Assembly: GCA_015061035.1 (NCBI GenBank) | Contig: SUXK01000002.1 | Coordinates: forward strand, 73,628-137,627 | Source: Bacteroidales bacterium | Lineage (GTDB): Bacteria > Bacteroidota > Bacteroidia > Bacteroidales > G3-4614 | Direction: 5' to 3' | DNA: 64,000 bases | Part shown: one piece after another, positions 27,639 to 39,207 of the stretch | How the letters are laid out: each line of letters opens with the position of its first letter | Numbering within the stretch: position 1 is the stretch's first letter | Notes under the pieces: generated by a model | What the model saw: only the letters and a program-made list of their open reading frames with translations | What the model was told of the DNA's origin: nothing | The model's database searches: none | Translations under genes and position numbers: made by a program

Positions 27639-29426
27639 CTAATCAAGTTTTAGTACTGCAAGGAATGCTTTTTGTGGCACCTCCACTGTACCTATTTGCT
27701 TCATACGTTTCTTTCCTTTCTTTTGTTTCTCAAGCAATTTACGTTTACGGCTTATATCTCCACCGTAACATTTTGCTGTTACATCCTTACGTACTGCTTT
27801 TACGGTTTCTCGTGCAATGATTTTTGCTCCTATGGCCGCTTGTATCGCCACATCGAACTGTTGACGTGGTATCAACTCTTTTAACTTTTCGCACATACGG
27901 CGACCAAATGGTTCGGCATTGTCAAAGTGTGTTAGGGTTGACAGAGCATCTACTGTTTCGCCATTCAGTAATATATCTAACTTTACAAGTTTTGATTCGC
28001 GGAAGTCGTGGATGTGATAGTCAAATGATGCGTATCCTTTTGATATACTTTTTAGTTTGTCATAGAAGTCTATTACTATCTCTCCCAATGGCATATCGTA
28101 TATCAACTCTATACGGTTTCCTGAGATATACTCCTGTTTTATCAATTCACCACGCTTGCCTAAACATAGTGTCATAATAGGACCTATGTAATCGGTTGTA
28201 GTGATTATAGATGCTCTAATATATGGTTCTTCAATATGGTCAATTAGTGTTGGTTCCGGTAATCCCGATGGGTTGTGAACCTCTGCCATATTCCCTTTTT
28301 TATCATATACCTTGTATGATACGTTGGGAACTGTGGTTATTACATCCATATCAAACTCACGGTCTAATCGCTCCTGGATTATCTCCATATGCAACAAACC
28401 AAGGAATCCACAACGGAATCCAAATCCTAATGCTACTGATGATTCTGGTTGGAATGTTAGTGAGGCATCGTTGAGTTGCAACTTCTCAAGTGATGACCTA
28501 AGGTCTTCAAAATCTTGTGGATCAATTGGATATACTCCTGCAAAGACCATAGGCTTTACCTCTTCAAATCCTGCAATAGCCTTGTCACATGGTCGTGCTA
28601 TATGGGTAATGGTATCTCCTACTTTTACCTCTTTTGAGGTTTTTATTCCTGATATGATATATCCTACATCTCCTGCAGATAACTCTTTTTTAGGAACCAT
28701 ATCGAGTTTGAGTGTTCCTATCTCATCTGCTTCGTATTGTTTTCCTGTTGCAACAAATTTTACTTTATCGTTAGATCGGATTGTTCCGTTTACTATTTTA
28801 AAGTATGCGATAATTCCTCTAAATGGATTAAATACTGAGTCAAATATCAAACATTGTAGTGGTGCTTCTGCATCTCCTTTTGGTGCTGGTACTCGCTCTA
28901 CTATTGCGTCTAATACTTCAAGTACTCCCTCTCCTGTTTTTCCACTTGCTCGTAATACTTCCTCTGGTTTGCATCCAAGCAACGATACTATTTGATCTTC
29001 TACCTCTTCGGGTTGAGCACTTGGCAGGTCAATTTTATTTAATACTGGTATTATCTCCAAATCATTATCAATTGCCATATAGAGGTTTGATATGGTTTGT
29101 GCCTGTATTCCTTGTGAAGCATCAACTATTAGTAATGCTCCTTCACATGCTGCTATTGAGCGTGACACCTCGTATGAGAAGTCAACGTGTCCCGGAGTAT
29201 CAATAAGGTTTAACTTATATGTTTCGCCTCCTTTTTTATACTCCATCTGTATTGCATGACTTTTGATTGTTATTCCTCTCTCACGCTCCAAATCCATATC
29301 ATCAAGGACTTGGTTCTGCAAGTCTTTTCCAGATACAGTGTTAGTGTATTCTAATAAGCGGTCGGCAAGTGTACTTTTGCCATGGTCAATATGGGCAATT
29401 ATACAAAAATTGCGAATATTCTTCAT
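27639..29426 (-). CDS. lepA: Elongation factor 4
   Basis: 595 aa with [16 protein letters not shown] and NKID, and the LepA-specific C-terminal domain. Confidence 0.97.
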   Translation of the reverse strand: MKNIRNFCIIAHIDHGKSTLADRLLEYTNTVSGKDLQNQVLDDMDLERERGITIKSHAIQMEYKKGGETYKLNLIDTPGHVDFSYEVSRSIAACEGALLIVDASQGIQAQTISNLYMAIDNDLEIIPVLNKIDLPSAQPEEVEDQIVSLLGCKPEEVLRASGKTGEGVLEVLDAIVERVPAPKGDAEAPLQCLIFDSVFNPFRGIIAYFKIVNGTIRSNDKVKFVATGKQYEADEIGTLKLDMVPKKELSAGDVGYIISGIKTSKEVKVGDTITHIARPCDKAIAGFEEVKPMVFAGVYPIDPQDFEDLRSSLEKLQLNDASLTFQPESSVALGFGFRCGFLGLLHMEIIQERLDREFDMDVITTVPNVSYKVYDKKGNMAEVHNPSGLPEPTLIDHIEEPYIRASIITTTDYIGPIMTLCLGKRGELIKQEYISGNRIELIYDMPLGEIVIDFYDKLKSISKGYASFDYHIHDFRESKLVKLDILLNGETVDALSTLTHFDNAEPFGRRMCEKLKELIPRQQFDVAIQAAIGAKIIARETVKAVRKDVTAKCYGGDISRKRKLLEKQKKGKKRMKQIGTVEVPQKAFLAVLKLD

Positions 29427-29616
29427 CTACGTAATTATTCCATTCTAATACTTCTGCAAAGTTACTATATATCCGCAAATATGCCAAAATGTTTTTAATA
29501 AATTATTATTAATCTATCGCATTAATTATTGAAATAAAAAACTAAAAACTAACGGTTAAAAACTAAGAACTTTTATAAATATTTTGTATCTTCGCAAAAA
29601 TAAAAAATGATTATTT

Positions 29617-30465
29617 ATGACTAAATATATTGGTGCTCACGTTTCGGCAGCAGGAGGTGTAGAAAATGCACCTTTAAATGCTCACAATATTGGGGCAACA
29701 GCATTCGCTCTTTTTACTAAAAATCAGAGACAATGGATTGCTCCTCCTCTTACTCAAAAAAGTATTGATTTATTCAAAGAGAGATGTACTGAATTTGGCT
29801 ACTCGGCCGATATGATACTTCCTCATGATAGTTATCTTATTAATTTAGGGAACCCTTATAGAGAGGCTTTGGAGAAATCAAGGAACTCTTTTAATGATGA
29901 GATGCTACGTTGTAGTCAACTTGGATTGAAACTTTTAAATTTTCACCCTGGCAGTACTCTTAAAGAGATAAGTATTGACGAGTGTATTACGCTTATTGCT
30001 GAGAGTATTAATATTGCTTTGGATAAAACCGTTGGAGTTACTGCGGTTATTGAAAATACTGCTGGGCAAGGTTCTAATATTGGTTTTGAATTTGAACATC
30101 TGGCTGCTATCATTGATAAGGTTGAGGATAAAACGAGAGTTGGTGTTTGTATTGATACTTGCCATGCCGTTGCTGCTGGGTATGATTTGATTTCGGCAGA
30201 AGGTTACGAAAAGAGTTTTAATGACTTTGAGAGGATTGTGGGTTTTAAATACTTGAGAGGTATGCACCTAAACGATGCTAAAAAAGGTATTGGTTCTCGT
30301 GTTGACCGACACGACTCTTTAGGAGAGGGTGTTATTGGCAAAGAACTTTTCTCAAGAATTATGAAGGATGATAGAATGAATGGTATTCCTCTTATTCTTG
30401 AAACTCCTAATGAGGAGATATGGGCAGATGAGATTGCTTGGTTAAAAAGCGAAGCAGAGAAATAA
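29617..30465 (+). CDS. nfo: Deoxyribonuclease IV (endonuclease IV)
   Basis: 282 aa starting [14 protein letters not shown], with the [15 protein letters not shown] and DTCH motifs. Confidence 0.93.
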   Translation: MTKYIGAHVSAAGGVENAPLNAHNIGATAFALFTKNQRQWIAPPLTQKSIDLFKERCTEFGYSADMILPHDSYLINLGNPYREALEKSRNSFNDEMLRCSQLGLKLLNFHPGSTLKEISIDECITLIAESINIALDKTVGVTAVIENTAGQGSNIGFEFEHLAAIIDKVEDKTRVGVCIDTCHAVAAGYDLISAEGYEKSFNDFERIVGFKYLRGMHLNDAKKGIGSRVDRHDSLGEGVIGKELFSRIMKDDRMNGIPLILETPNEEIWADEIAWLKSEAEK

Positions 30466-30491
30466 TTTAAATAAATTATTGTTGTTTTACT

Positions 30492-30926
30492 ATGGAAAAG
30501 AAACAAAATATATTGGACCGCCGTTATATGAAAATGGCTGAAATATGGGCTGAAAATTCGTATTGTAAACGTCGCAAAGTTGGTGCTTTAATTGTTAAAG
30601 ACAAAATGATTATATCTGATGGATACAATGGTACTCCATCGGGATTTGAGAATATATGTGAGGATGAAACTGGCCATACTAAATCATATGTTCTTCATGC
30701 CGAAGCTAATGCTATTACTAAGGTTTCGAGAACTAATAATAGTAGCGAAGGTGCCACTCTCTATGTTACTGCTTCGCCTTGTATAGAGTGCGCAAAACTT
30801 ATTATTCAGGCAGGCATAAAAAGGGTGGTTTTCTTAGAGTATTACAGACTAAGTGAAGGGCTTGACCTTTTAAAGAGAGCTGGTGTTGAGGTTTGCTATG
30901 TTGGTGATGAAAAAATTGATGAATAG
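30492..30926 (+). CDS. dCMP deaminase (ComEB-like)
   Basis: Zinc motifs HAEANAI and PCIECAKLI. Confidence 0.9.
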   Translation: MEKKQNILDRRYMKMAEIWAENSYCKRRKVGALIVKDKMIISDGYNGTPSGFENICEDETGHTKSYVLHAEANAITKVSRTNNSSEGATLYVTASPCIECAKLIIQAGIKRVVFLEYYRLSEGLDLLKRAGVEVCYVGDEKIDE

Positions 30927-30940
30927 GTTATCTCGTATTT

Positions 30941-32569
30941 ATGAAACAAGGTTTTAAAATATTATATCCCCTATTACTTGCTATCGCAATTGTTGTTGGC
31001 ATCTACATTGGTGTTAAATATAGTAATTCTCCTATTTCGGTTATACCAAACTTTGGTCAAAGCAAGATTAATGGTTTAATGTATTTGATAAGTAACGAGT
31101 ACGTTGACTCTGTTAATATTGATTCGCTTACCGAAAAGGTTATTCCTAAAATTATTGGAGAGTTAGATCCTCACTCTTCGTATATTCCAGCAGAGGATTT
31201 AGAGATGGTTAATAATGACCTTGATGGTTCGTTCAGCGGTATTGGTATTCAATTCAGCATATTGAACGATACTATTATGGTGGTGGATGTTATATCGGGT
31301 GGACCATCAGAGAAAGCTGGAGTTTTAGCAGGAGATAGGATTGTTTCAGTTAATGACTCTTCTATTACTGGAAGTTCAATTACCAACGAAAAGGTTATGC
31401 ACCGATTGAGAGGTGCAAAGAATAGTAATGTTAAGTTATCTATTCTTCGTCCGTCATCAAAAGATATTATAGATATTGATATTACTCGTGGTGATATTCC
31501 GGTTAATAGCGTTGACGTTGCTTTTAAACCTAATGATGAAATTGGCTATATTAAGGTTAGCAAGTTTGGTAAACATACTTATAGCGAGTTTTTAACATCA
31601 CTTGCAAAATTAGCAGTAGAGGGTACTTCTAAATTTATTATTGACCTTAGAGGCAACTCTGGTGGATATATGGAGTCGGCAATTAATATGGTTAATGAAT
31701 TTCTCCCTGCTGGCTATATGATTGTTTATACAAAAGGTAATGCTTCGCCTTTAAATGAGGTATTCTCTAATGGAATGGGCTCGTTCCAAGATAATCAGAT
31801 AGTTGTTTTGGTTGATGAATGGTCGGCTTCGGCAAGTGAGATTTTTGCTGGTGCAATTCAAGATAACGATAGGGGGTTGATTATTGGTCGCCGCTCGTTT
31901 GGTAAAGGATTGGTACAACAACAGATTCCTTTTAATGATGGCTCTGCTATTCGTTTAACTATTGCAAGATATTACACTCCTTCAGGACGCTCTATCCAAA
32001 AAGAGTATAAAATGGGTGATAGTGAAAACTACGAAATGGACTTGCTTAACAGATTTGAACATGGAGAATTTGACTCGCAAGATAGTATTCATATGAATGA
32101 TTCTATTAAATACAAAACTATATACGGAAGAACTGTTTATGGCGGCGGTGGTATTATGCCTGATATTTTTGTTCCTCGCGATACTTCGTTTTATAGTCCT
32201 TATCTAACTCAGGTTGTAAATAATGGTATTATATATCAGTTTGCTTTTAAATACTCTGACGAGAATAGAGAGAAACTTTCAAAATTTAAATCAGCAAAGA
32301 GTCTGCTTGTATATTTAAAAGGAGAGGATATTCTTAGTCAGTTTGTTGCTTTTGCAGCAAGTAAAGATATTAAAGCTCGCCCTGTTTATATAAATATTTC
32401 TCGTAAAGAGATTTTGAACAATTTGTATGCTAATATTGCTCGAAATATTTTAGGAGATGAGGCCTTTTATCCTATTGTTCTGATGAACGATGAAACTTTC
32501 CGCAAAGCAGTGGATATTTTAAATGAGGACAAAGGTTTTCCTATTAGAGAGGAAGAAATTTATGAATAA
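30941..32569 (+). CDS. S41 family C-terminal processing peptidase
   Basis: 542 aa with a PDZ region (GGPSEKAGVLAGDRIVSVND), DLRGNSGG, and SASASEIFAGAIQD with the GKG.VQ catalytic region. Confidence 0.9.
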   Translation: MKQGFKILYPLLLAIAIVVGIYIGVKYSNSPISVIPNFGQSKINGLMYLISNEYVDSVNIDSLTEKVIPKIIGELDPHSSYIPAEDLEMVNNDLDGSFSGIGIQFSILNDTIMVVDVISGGPSEKAGVLAGDRIVSVNDSSITGSSITNEKVMHRLRGAKNSNVKLSILRPSSKDIIDIDITRGDIPVNSVDVAFKPNDEIGYIKVSKFGKHTYSEFLTSLAKLAVEGTSKFIIDLRGNSGGYMESAINMVNEFLPAGYMIVYTKGNASPLNEVFSNGMGSFQDNQIVVLVDEWSASASEIFAGAIQDNDRGLIIGRRSFGKGLVQQQIPFNDGSAIRLTIARYYTPSGRSIQKEYKMGDSENYEMDLLNRFEHGEFDSQDSIHMNDSIKYKTIYGRTVYGGGGIMPDIFVPRDTSFYSPYLTQVVNNGIIYQFAFKYSDENREKLSKFKSAKSLLVYLKGEDILSQFVAFAASKDIKARPVYINISRKEILNNLYANIARNILGDEAFYPIVLMNDETFRKAVDILNEDKGFPIREEEIYE

Positions 32570-33095
32570 GGCTGAATTAAGATTGAGTATAAAAAAAGGC
32601 AAACTCAATATTTCTCATAAAGAGAGAGAATCTGCTTCAATTTTGGTCATGAACAAAATTGAAACTCTTACTCAATTTAAGGAGGCTAAAAATATATTGT
32701 TATATAATGCGCTACCTGATGAACTTCCTACTGATTGTATGTTAGAGAAGTGGAATGGTTCAAAAGAGATATTTTTACCTGTTGTTGTAGGCGATAACTT
32801 GGTTATCAAAAAATACAATAAGAAATTACTTAGGGTTGGAGCTTTTGGTATTTTTGAACCAGAAGGTGATGAAGTTGAGATTGGATTAATAGACCTTATT
32901 ATTGTTCCGGGTGTTGCATTTGACAGAAATCTTAATAGGCTCGGAAGAGGAAAAGGTTACTATGATAGATTACTAACTAACAGCAATGCTTATTTTATTG
33001 GTATTGGATACGATATGCAGGTTGTTGATTGTATTACCACAGAACCCCATGATATTAAAATGAATTGTATAATAACAGAAAGAGAGATACTATGA
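32562..33095 (+). CDS. 5-formyltetrahydrofolate cyclo-ligase
   Basis: The start is reassigned to MNKAELR. Carries VPGVAFD...RLGRGKGYYDR. Confidence 0.88.
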   Translation: MNKAELRLSIKKGKLNISHKERESASILVMNKIETLTQFKEAKNILLYNALPDELPTDCMLEKWNGSKEIFLPVVVGDNLVIKKYNKKLLRVGAFGIFEPEGDEVEIGLIDLIIVPGVAFDRNLNRLGRGKGYYDRLLTNSNAYFIGIGYDMQVVDCITTEPHDIKMNCIITEREIL

Positions 33096-35890
33096 AAAAA
33101 TTATTTTTATCGATTGCCTTAATGTTGTTTTCTGCAACTTTTATGGCTCAAGAATTATCGAAACTTCCTATTGATGAAAATGTGAAGTATGGCGTTTTAG
33201 AGAATGGTTTGACTTATATTATCCGCCATAATGATGAGAGTAAGAATCGTGCTAATTTTTATATTGCACAAAAGGTTGGTTCGGTTCTTGAAGAGGATGA
33301 CCAAAGGGGATTAGCCCATTTTTTGGAACACATGGCGTTCAATGGTAGTGAGCATTTCCCTGGCAAATCGATGATTAACTATTTGGAGAGAAATGGTGTT
33401 AAGTTTGGTAATGACCTTAATGCTTATACTTCGTTTGACCAAACTGTGTATAATATAGATAACGTTCCTACTGACAGAGAAAACATAGTTGACTCTTGCT
33501 TGTATATTTTATATGATTGGTCGGCTGCCATATCGTTGGAGCATGATGAAATTGATAATGAACGCGGTGTTATTCTTGAAGAGTGGAGAACTCGCAATAC
33601 TGCTCCATTGCGTTTATATGAGGCTACGGCTAAGGTTTTATTTAAAGGTACTAAATACCCCAACAGAATGCCTATCGGCACAATGGAGGTTGTTCAAAAC
33701 TTTTCATACGAGACTTTAAAAAATTATTATAAAAAATGGTATCGCCCCGACCTTCAAGGTATTATAATTGTTGGAGATATTGATGCTGATGCTGTTGAGG
33801 CTAAAATTAAAGAGATTTGGAGCGAAAGAAAATTAGATGAGAATAGAGCCGAAAGGGTTTGGGAAAAAATTCCTGATAATGTAACTCCTCTTGTTTCAGT
33901 GGCAACAGACAAGGAGTATAACCGTACAGATGTTTCAATTTATTGTAAACATAACCCTCTTGATAATGAACTAAAATCAACAATGCTTGGTGTTGAGGAT
34001 GTTTATATTAAATCGGTTATTGGTGACATTTTCACTCAACGTATTATAGAGATTTCGCAAAAACCGGGTTCTGTTATATTAAACGGCAGATGTATTGATG
34101 GTAAAATGTTGGCTGACAAAGATGCCTTTATGGTTGATGCTGTTGCTAAGGAGGGAATGAGCAAGGAGGCTATTATTGTTTTGGCTACTGAGATAGAGAG
34201 ATTACAAAGATATGGTGTTACAACAGGAGAGTATGAACGTGCTAAAGCAAACATTATATCGTTCTATGAGAGAGAATATAATGAACGTGCAAAGGTTGCA
34301 AACTCAAAATATATAAAAGAGTATTTGAATTTCTTTTTGAATGGCGGTTCTATTATGGGTATAGAGAAAGATTTTGAGGCAATAAAGAGTATTGCTAACA
34401 AAATTACTGCCGAAGATATTAACAACTATATTAAAACTGTTGTTACTGACAATAACCGAGTTGTTTTAATTGAGGCTATTGAAAAAGAGGGGGTTTCATA
34501 TCCAACAGAAAAGGAAATTCTTACTATTTTAGAGGATGTAAACAATAGCAATATTGAACCTTATAAAGATGAAATGGGTGATAAAGAACTTATTTCAAAA
34601 GAGATTATTCCCGGTAAGGTTGTTAAAGAGAGTGTTGACAAAAAACTTGGAACTAAAACATGGACTCTTTCAAACGGTGCTAAGATAGTTTTAAAAAATA
34701 CCGACTACAAGAAAGACCAAATAATGATAAATGGTGTTAGTAAAGGTGGTGCCTATTTGTATGATAACTCAGAGGCAGATGTTTATAATACTTTAGTTTT
34801 TGACGAGGTTATAGGCTTAAGCAAATTGGGAGGATTCACCAACAACGAAATTAAAAAATTATTGGCTGGTAAACGTGCTAATGCTTCGGTTAGTCTGGGC
34901 AATAAATCGGAGGCTGTAAGAGGTGTTAGTTCGGTTAAAGATATTGAAACTTTCTTACAACTAATTTATCTTCATTTTACTGATATTAGCAAAGACAATG
35001 AGGCTTTCTCTGTTTGGCAAGATGCTCTTGAAGAGGCATTGAAGAATAAAGATGCTGACCCAAAGAATGCTGTGGCAGACTCTGTTGCTATTGCTATTTA
35101 TAAAGGTAATCCAAGAAGAATATCTTTGAATATTGAGAAGGCCAAATTAATTAATTATGATAGAATAATTGATATATGGAAAGAGCGCTTTAGCAATGTT
35201 GGAGATTTCACGTTCAATGTTGTTGGTAATATTGATGAAGAGACTCTTCGTCCTCTATTTGAGAAATATATTGGCTCACTTCCTTCAGCAAAGAAAAAAG
35301 AGAAATGCGGTAACGACAAATTTGGTATGCGCCATGAAGAGTACATTAATGTTTTTGAGAGAAAAATGGAAAACATTGTAGGTACTGTTAACTGCGGATT
35401 TATTGGTAAGGTTAAATGTAATACTAAAAACATGATGATGCTAAGCATATTTGAGCAAATTATGGATATGGTATATACTTCTACTATTCGCGAGGAAGAG
35501 GGTGGCACATATGGTGTTGGTACTAAAGCTGTTGTTAGTTTAAACAATGAGTGGGTATTCCGCTTTGCTTTTGATACAAATGTTGAGAGTATGGAACGTT
35601 TAAAAGATCGTGCAATTAAAGAGATGTTTAAAGTAATTAACGAGGATATTGACAACGAGAAATTTGAACGCGTTAAAAAGTATATGCTCAAGAAGGCTAA
35701 CGATAATGTAAAACGAAATAGTTTCTGGGTTAGCGAACTTAACGACAAGGCTCTTTTCGGTAGTACTGATGTTTTGAACTATGTTGAGATAATAGAGAAT
35801 ATAACTGCTGGAGATGTTCAAAAATTTGTAAAGAAAATTTTCAAAAAAGCCGACAAGTTTGAAGTTATGATGGTTGGAGTTAATAACTAA
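33092..35890 (+). CDS. M16 family (insulinase-like) zinc peptidase, two-module
   Basis: The start is reassigned to MKKLFLSIALM (signal peptide). Carries the inverted zinc motif HFLEHMAFNGSE. Confidence 0.9.
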   Translation: MKKLFLSIALMLFSATFMAQELSKLPIDENVKYGVLENGLTYIIRHNDESKNRANFYIAQKVGSVLEEDDQRGLAHFLEHMAFNGSEHFPGKSMINYLERNGVKFGNDLNAYTSFDQTVYNIDNVPTDRENIVDSCLYILYDWSAAISLEHDEIDNERGVILEEWRTRNTAPLRLYEATAKVLFKGTKYPNRMPIGTMEVVQNFSYETLKNYYKKWYRPDLQGIIIVGDIDADAVEAKIKEIWSERKLDENRAERVWEKIPDNVTPLVSVATDKEYNRTDVSIYCKHNPLDNELKSTMLGVEDVYIKSVIGDIFTQRIIEISQKPGSVILNGRCIDGKMLADKDAFMVDAVAKEGMSKEAIIVLATEIERLQRYGVTTGEYERAKANIISFYEREYNERAKVANSKYIKEYLNFFLNGGSIMGIEKDFEAIKSIANKITAEDINNYIKTVVTDNNRVVLIEAIEKEGVSYPTEKEILTILEDVNNSNIEPYKDEMGDKELISKEIIPGKVVKESVDKKLGTKTWTLSNGAKIVLKNTDYKKDQIMINGVSKGGAYLYDNSEADVYNTLVFDEVIGLSKLGGFTNNEIKKLLAGKRANASVSLGNKSEAVRGVSSVKDIETFLQLIYLHFTDISKDNEAFSVWQDALEEALKNKDADPKNAVADSVAIAIYKGNPRRISLNIEKAKLINYDRIIDIWKERFSNVGDFTFNVVGNIDEETLRPLFEKYIGSLPSAKKKEKCGNDKFGMRHEEYINVFERKMENIVGTVNCGFIGKVKCNTKNMMMLSIFEQIMDMVYTSTIREEEGGTYGVGTKAVVSLNNEWVFRFAFDTNVESMERLKDRAIKEMFKVINEDIDNEKFERVKKYMLKKANDNVKRNSFWVSELNDKALFGSTDVLNYVEIIENITAGDVQKFVKKIFKKADKFEVMMVGVNN

Positions 35891-35952
35891 AAAAAATTAT
35901 ATATTTAGCACAGCCAAATTATAAAATATAAGAAATAAATACAATAGAGCAA

Positions 35953-36576
35953 ATGAGTAATAGCACCTTCTTGTATATTGTTGAGATTATCGGAACTTTT
36001 GCTTTTGCAATAAGCGGTATAAGAATGGCAGCCCGAAAGAGATTTGACCTCTTTGGAGCATACGTTGTTGGCCTTGTTACAGCAATTGGAGGAGGAACTC
36101 TTCGTGACCTTCTTTTAGATGTCACCCCCTTTTGGATGAGCGACTCAATATATTTGATTATTACTGCTGCTGCTTTACTATTGGTTATTATTCTTCAAAA
36201 GAATATTCTACGTTTCGAAAATACATTTTTTATATTTGACACAATTGGTTTAGCACTTTTCGTTGTTGTTGGTATTCAAAAATCAATAGCTTTGGATTAT
36301 CCTTTCTGGGTTGCTATTATAATGGGTACCCTAACGGGTGCATTTGGTGGAATATTAAGAGATATTCTTGTTAATGAAGAACCTCTTATCTTTAGAAAAG
36401 ATATTTATGCTTCGGCTTGTATCTTTGGAGGTATAGTTTATTGGATCTCGTTCCGTATGGGTGTCAATGATATTATCACTCAAATTCTTGCGGCTGGTGG
36501 CGTTATTGCTACTCGTATTATGGCTGTAAGATATAAATGGACTCTTCCAACTCTTAAAAGTGAGGAGGATTTATAA
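35953..36576 (+). CDS. Trimeric intracellular cation channel family (UPF0126/YadS-like) membrane protein
   Basis: 207 aa with two repeats carrying GGG.LRD.L motifs. Confidence 0.85.
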   Translation: MSNSTFLYIVEIIGTFAFAISGIRMAARKRFDLFGAYVVGLVTAIGGGTLRDLLLDVTPFWMSDSIYLIITAAALLLVIILQKNILRFENTFFIFDTIGLALFVVVGIQKSIALDYPFWVAIIMGTLTGAFGGILRDILVNEEPLIFRKDIYASACIFGGIVYWISFRMGVNDIITQILAAGGVIATRIMAVRYKWTLPTLKSEEDL

Positions 36577-36585
36577 GATTATTTT

Positions 36586-38667
36586 ATGAAAGTTTGTATT
36601 GCAGAGAAACCGAGTGTTGCCAAAGAGATTGCTTCAATCATTGGTGCAAACAATAGACAAGATGGCTATTATGAAGGTAATGGTTATTGCGTTACTTGGA
36701 CCTTTGGTCACCTCTGTTCTCTTAAAGAACCTCATGAATATGCTCCAGAATGGAAGAGTTGGAACATAAATGCTCTTCCTATGATTCCTCCTAAATTTGG
36801 CATCAAACTTATCAATGACAAAGGAGTAGAGAAACAATTTGCCACTATTGCAAAACTTATTGCTTCGGCTGATACAGTTATTAACTGCGGTGATGCTGGA
36901 CAAGAGGGTGAGTTGATTCAAAGATGGGTTATGCAATTGGCTGGATGCAAATGTAAGGTAGAGAGATTATGGATTTCATCCCTTACTGAGGAGTCAATTA
37001 AAGAGGGATTTAGTTCTCTTAAACCTCAAGAAGAGTTTGATAAATTATATGAAGCTGGTCTTACTCGTGCTATTGGAGATTGGTTGTTAGGCATTAACGC
37101 TACAAGACTTTATACTGTTAAATACGGACAGAACAGACAAGTATTGTCGGTTGGCAGGGTACAAACTCCTACCCTTGCACTAATTGTTAATCGCCAAAAA
37201 GAGATTGAAAACTTTGTTCCAACTCCATATTGGGAACTAAAGACTGTTTATAGAGACACGGTTTTCTCTGCCGCAAAAGGTAAATTTGATACAATAGAAA
37301 AAGGTCAGGAGGCTCTAAATGCAATTTTAAATAAAGAGTTCTTTATTACTGATGTTTCAAAGAAACAAGGGAAAGAGGCTGCTCCTCGCCTATTTGATTT
37401 GACCTCGTTACAAGTTGAGTGTAATAAGAAATTTTCTTTCTCTGCTGATGATACATTGAAAATTATTCAGAGTTTATATGAAAAGAAGTTTACTACTTAC
37501 CCTCGTGTTGATACTACATTCTTAAGTAACGATATATACCCTAAAGTTCCTGGTATAATGAGTGCTTTAGGAAGAAATGCAATATATAGTGTTTTTATAA
37601 ATGAACTTAACCTTAAAAGTCTTCCTAAATCGAAAAAAGTTTTTGACGATTCAAAGGTTACTGATCACCACGCTATAATTCCTACAAATGTTACTCCAAC
37701 ATCTCTTTCGGATAATGAAAGAAAGGTTTATGACATTATTGTTAGGCGATTTATTGCGGTATTCTTCCCCGATTGCAAATTTGCTACTACAACAGTATTA
37801 GGAGAGTGCAATGAAGTAGAGTTTAAGGCTACTGGTAAAGAAATTTTAGAACAGGGATGGCGTGTAGTTTTTGAAAAGAGTAAAGGGGATGATGAAAATC
37901 CAAATGAAGATGAAGAGAAGATTCTACCTACCTTTGTTAAAGGAGAAAGCGGACCACACTCTCCTACTCTTTCAGAGAAGATGACTCAACCCCCAAAACC
38001 TTATACTGAGGCTACCTTGCTTAGAGCAATGGAGACTGCTGGTAAGTTTGTTGACAGTGATGAACTTAGAGATGCTCTTAAAGAGAATGGTATTGGACGT
38101 CCTTCAACAAGGGCAGCTATTATTGAGACTCTTTATAAACGCAACTATATAAGGAAAGAGCGTAAGAGTTTGTTTGCCACTCCTACTGGTGTTGAACTTA
38201 TTGATACTATTGATGAAGAACTTCTAAAATCGGCCGAACTTACAGGTCAATGGGAAAATAAACTTCGCAAAATTGAAAAGAAAGAGTATAGTGGTAAAGT
38301 TTTTTTGGAAGAACTAAAATTTATGGTTATGGATATTGTAACCAACGTTAAAAATGCAGGTTACAAGGTTATTACCATTGAAGAAAATAGCAACAACGTC
38401 AAGAAAAACGATAAATCTTCAAAAGAGAAAAAGGGCAAACAACCAAACAAAACAGACAAGAAACCTAAGGCTAAAAAAGAGAGCAACAAAGATGTTAAAT
38501 GCCCTATCTGTGGTAAGGGTATCTTAATTAAAGGTAAGAGTGCATATGGTTGCTCTGAATGGAAGAGTGGATGCAGATTTACAATTCCTTTCTCAGAGTG
38601 TAGCAAAGATGCTGATAGCAACAAATTGGCTACTATCGCAGAAAATTATAAACCAAACAATAATTAA
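36586..38667 (+). CDS. topB: DNA topoisomerase III
   Basis: 693 aa with a Toprim start MKVCIAEKPSVA, the active-site region TTYPRVD, a Lys-rich linker and a C-terminal CxxC...C.C zinc ribbon. Confidence 0.92.
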   Translation: MKVCIAEKPSVAKEIASIIGANNRQDGYYEGNGYCVTWTFGHLCSLKEPHEYAPEWKSWNINALPMIPPKFGIKLINDKGVEKQFATIAKLIASADTVINCGDAGQEGELIQRWVMQLAGCKCKVERLWISSLTEESIKEGFSSLKPQEEFDKLYEAGLTRAIGDWLLGINATRLYTVKYGQNRQVLSVGRVQTPTLALIVNRQKEIENFVPTPYWELKTVYRDTVFSAAKGKFDTIEKGQEALNAILNKEFFITDVSKKQGKEAAPRLFDLTSLQVECNKKFSFSADDTLKIIQSLYEKKFTTYPRVDTTFLSNDIYPKVPGIMSALGRNAIYSVFINELNLKSLPKSKKVFDDSKVTDHHAIIPTNVTPTSLSDNERKVYDIIVRRFIAVFFPDCKFATTTVLGECNEVEFKATGKEILEQGWRVVFEKSKGDDENPNEDEEKILPTFVKGESGPHSPTLSEKMTQPPKPYTEATLLRAMETAGKFVDSDELRDALKENGIGRPSTRAAIIETLYKRNYIRKERKSLFATPTGVELIDTIDEELLKSAELTGQWENKLRKIEKKEYSGKVFLEELKFMVMDIVTNVKNAGYKVITIEENSNNVKKNDKSSKEKKGKQPNKTDKKPKAKKESNKDVKCPICGKGILIKGKSAYGCSEWKSGCRFTIPFSECSKDADSNKLATIAENYKPNNN

Positions 38668-38668
38668 G

Positions 38669-39175
38669 ATGATGAGTAATGGAGATGAATTATTTCCTTT
38701 AGTAGATGAGAATGGTGTTGTTATTGGTAAAGCAACAAGAAGCTTTTGTCATGGAGGCAGCAAACCTTTACACCCTGTTGTGCATCTTCATATCCTTAAC
38801 AGCAAAGGTGAATTGTATCTGCAAAAACGTTCAATGAAGAAGGATATTCAACCTGGTAAATGGGATACAGCTGTTGGTGGTCACATAGATTATGGCGAAG
38901 AGGTTGAGGAGGCTTTGAAACGTGAGGCTCGTGAAGAGTTAGGGATTAGAGAATTTGAATACTACTTGGTTACAAAATATCTGTTTGAATCAGATATTGA
39001 ACGTGAACTCATAAACTGCTTCAAGACTACATATAATGGAATAATCACACCTGATCTTGATGAGGTTGATGAGGGTAGATTCTGGAGTATTACAGATATA
39101 GTAAACAATATAGGTAAAGAAATTTTTACCCCAAATTTTGAAAGTGAATTTTTAAAGATTAAAGAGTTACTTTAG
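38669..39175 (+). CDS. NUDIX hydrolase
   Basis: The start is reassigned to MMSNGDELF, directly after the topB stop. Nudix box GGHIDYGEEVEEALKREAREELGI. Confidence 0.85.
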   Translation: MMSNGDELFPLVDENGVVIGKATRSFCHGGSKPLHPVVHLHILNSKGELYLQKRSMKKDIQPGKWDTAVGGHIDYGEEVEEALKREAREELGIREFEYYLVTKYLFESDIERELINCFKTTYNGIITPDLDEVDEGRFWSITDIVNNIGKEIFTPNFESEFLKIKELL

Positions 39176-39207
39176 TATAAAACACTATATAATTTATGAT
39201 ATACCTA

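Noticed and set aside
28312-28995. 227-aa plus-strand ORF inside lepA. Similar antisense ORFs lie at 14815-15498 (fabG/tetR), 35155-35748 (M16 peptidase), 40602-41048 (murA), 41755-42237 (tsaB) and 26891-27178 (DUF4251-like gene).
   Set aside because: All are fully nested antisense to genes with clear family signatures. They have Ser/Leu/Ile-rich compositions and no recognisable motifs or promoters.
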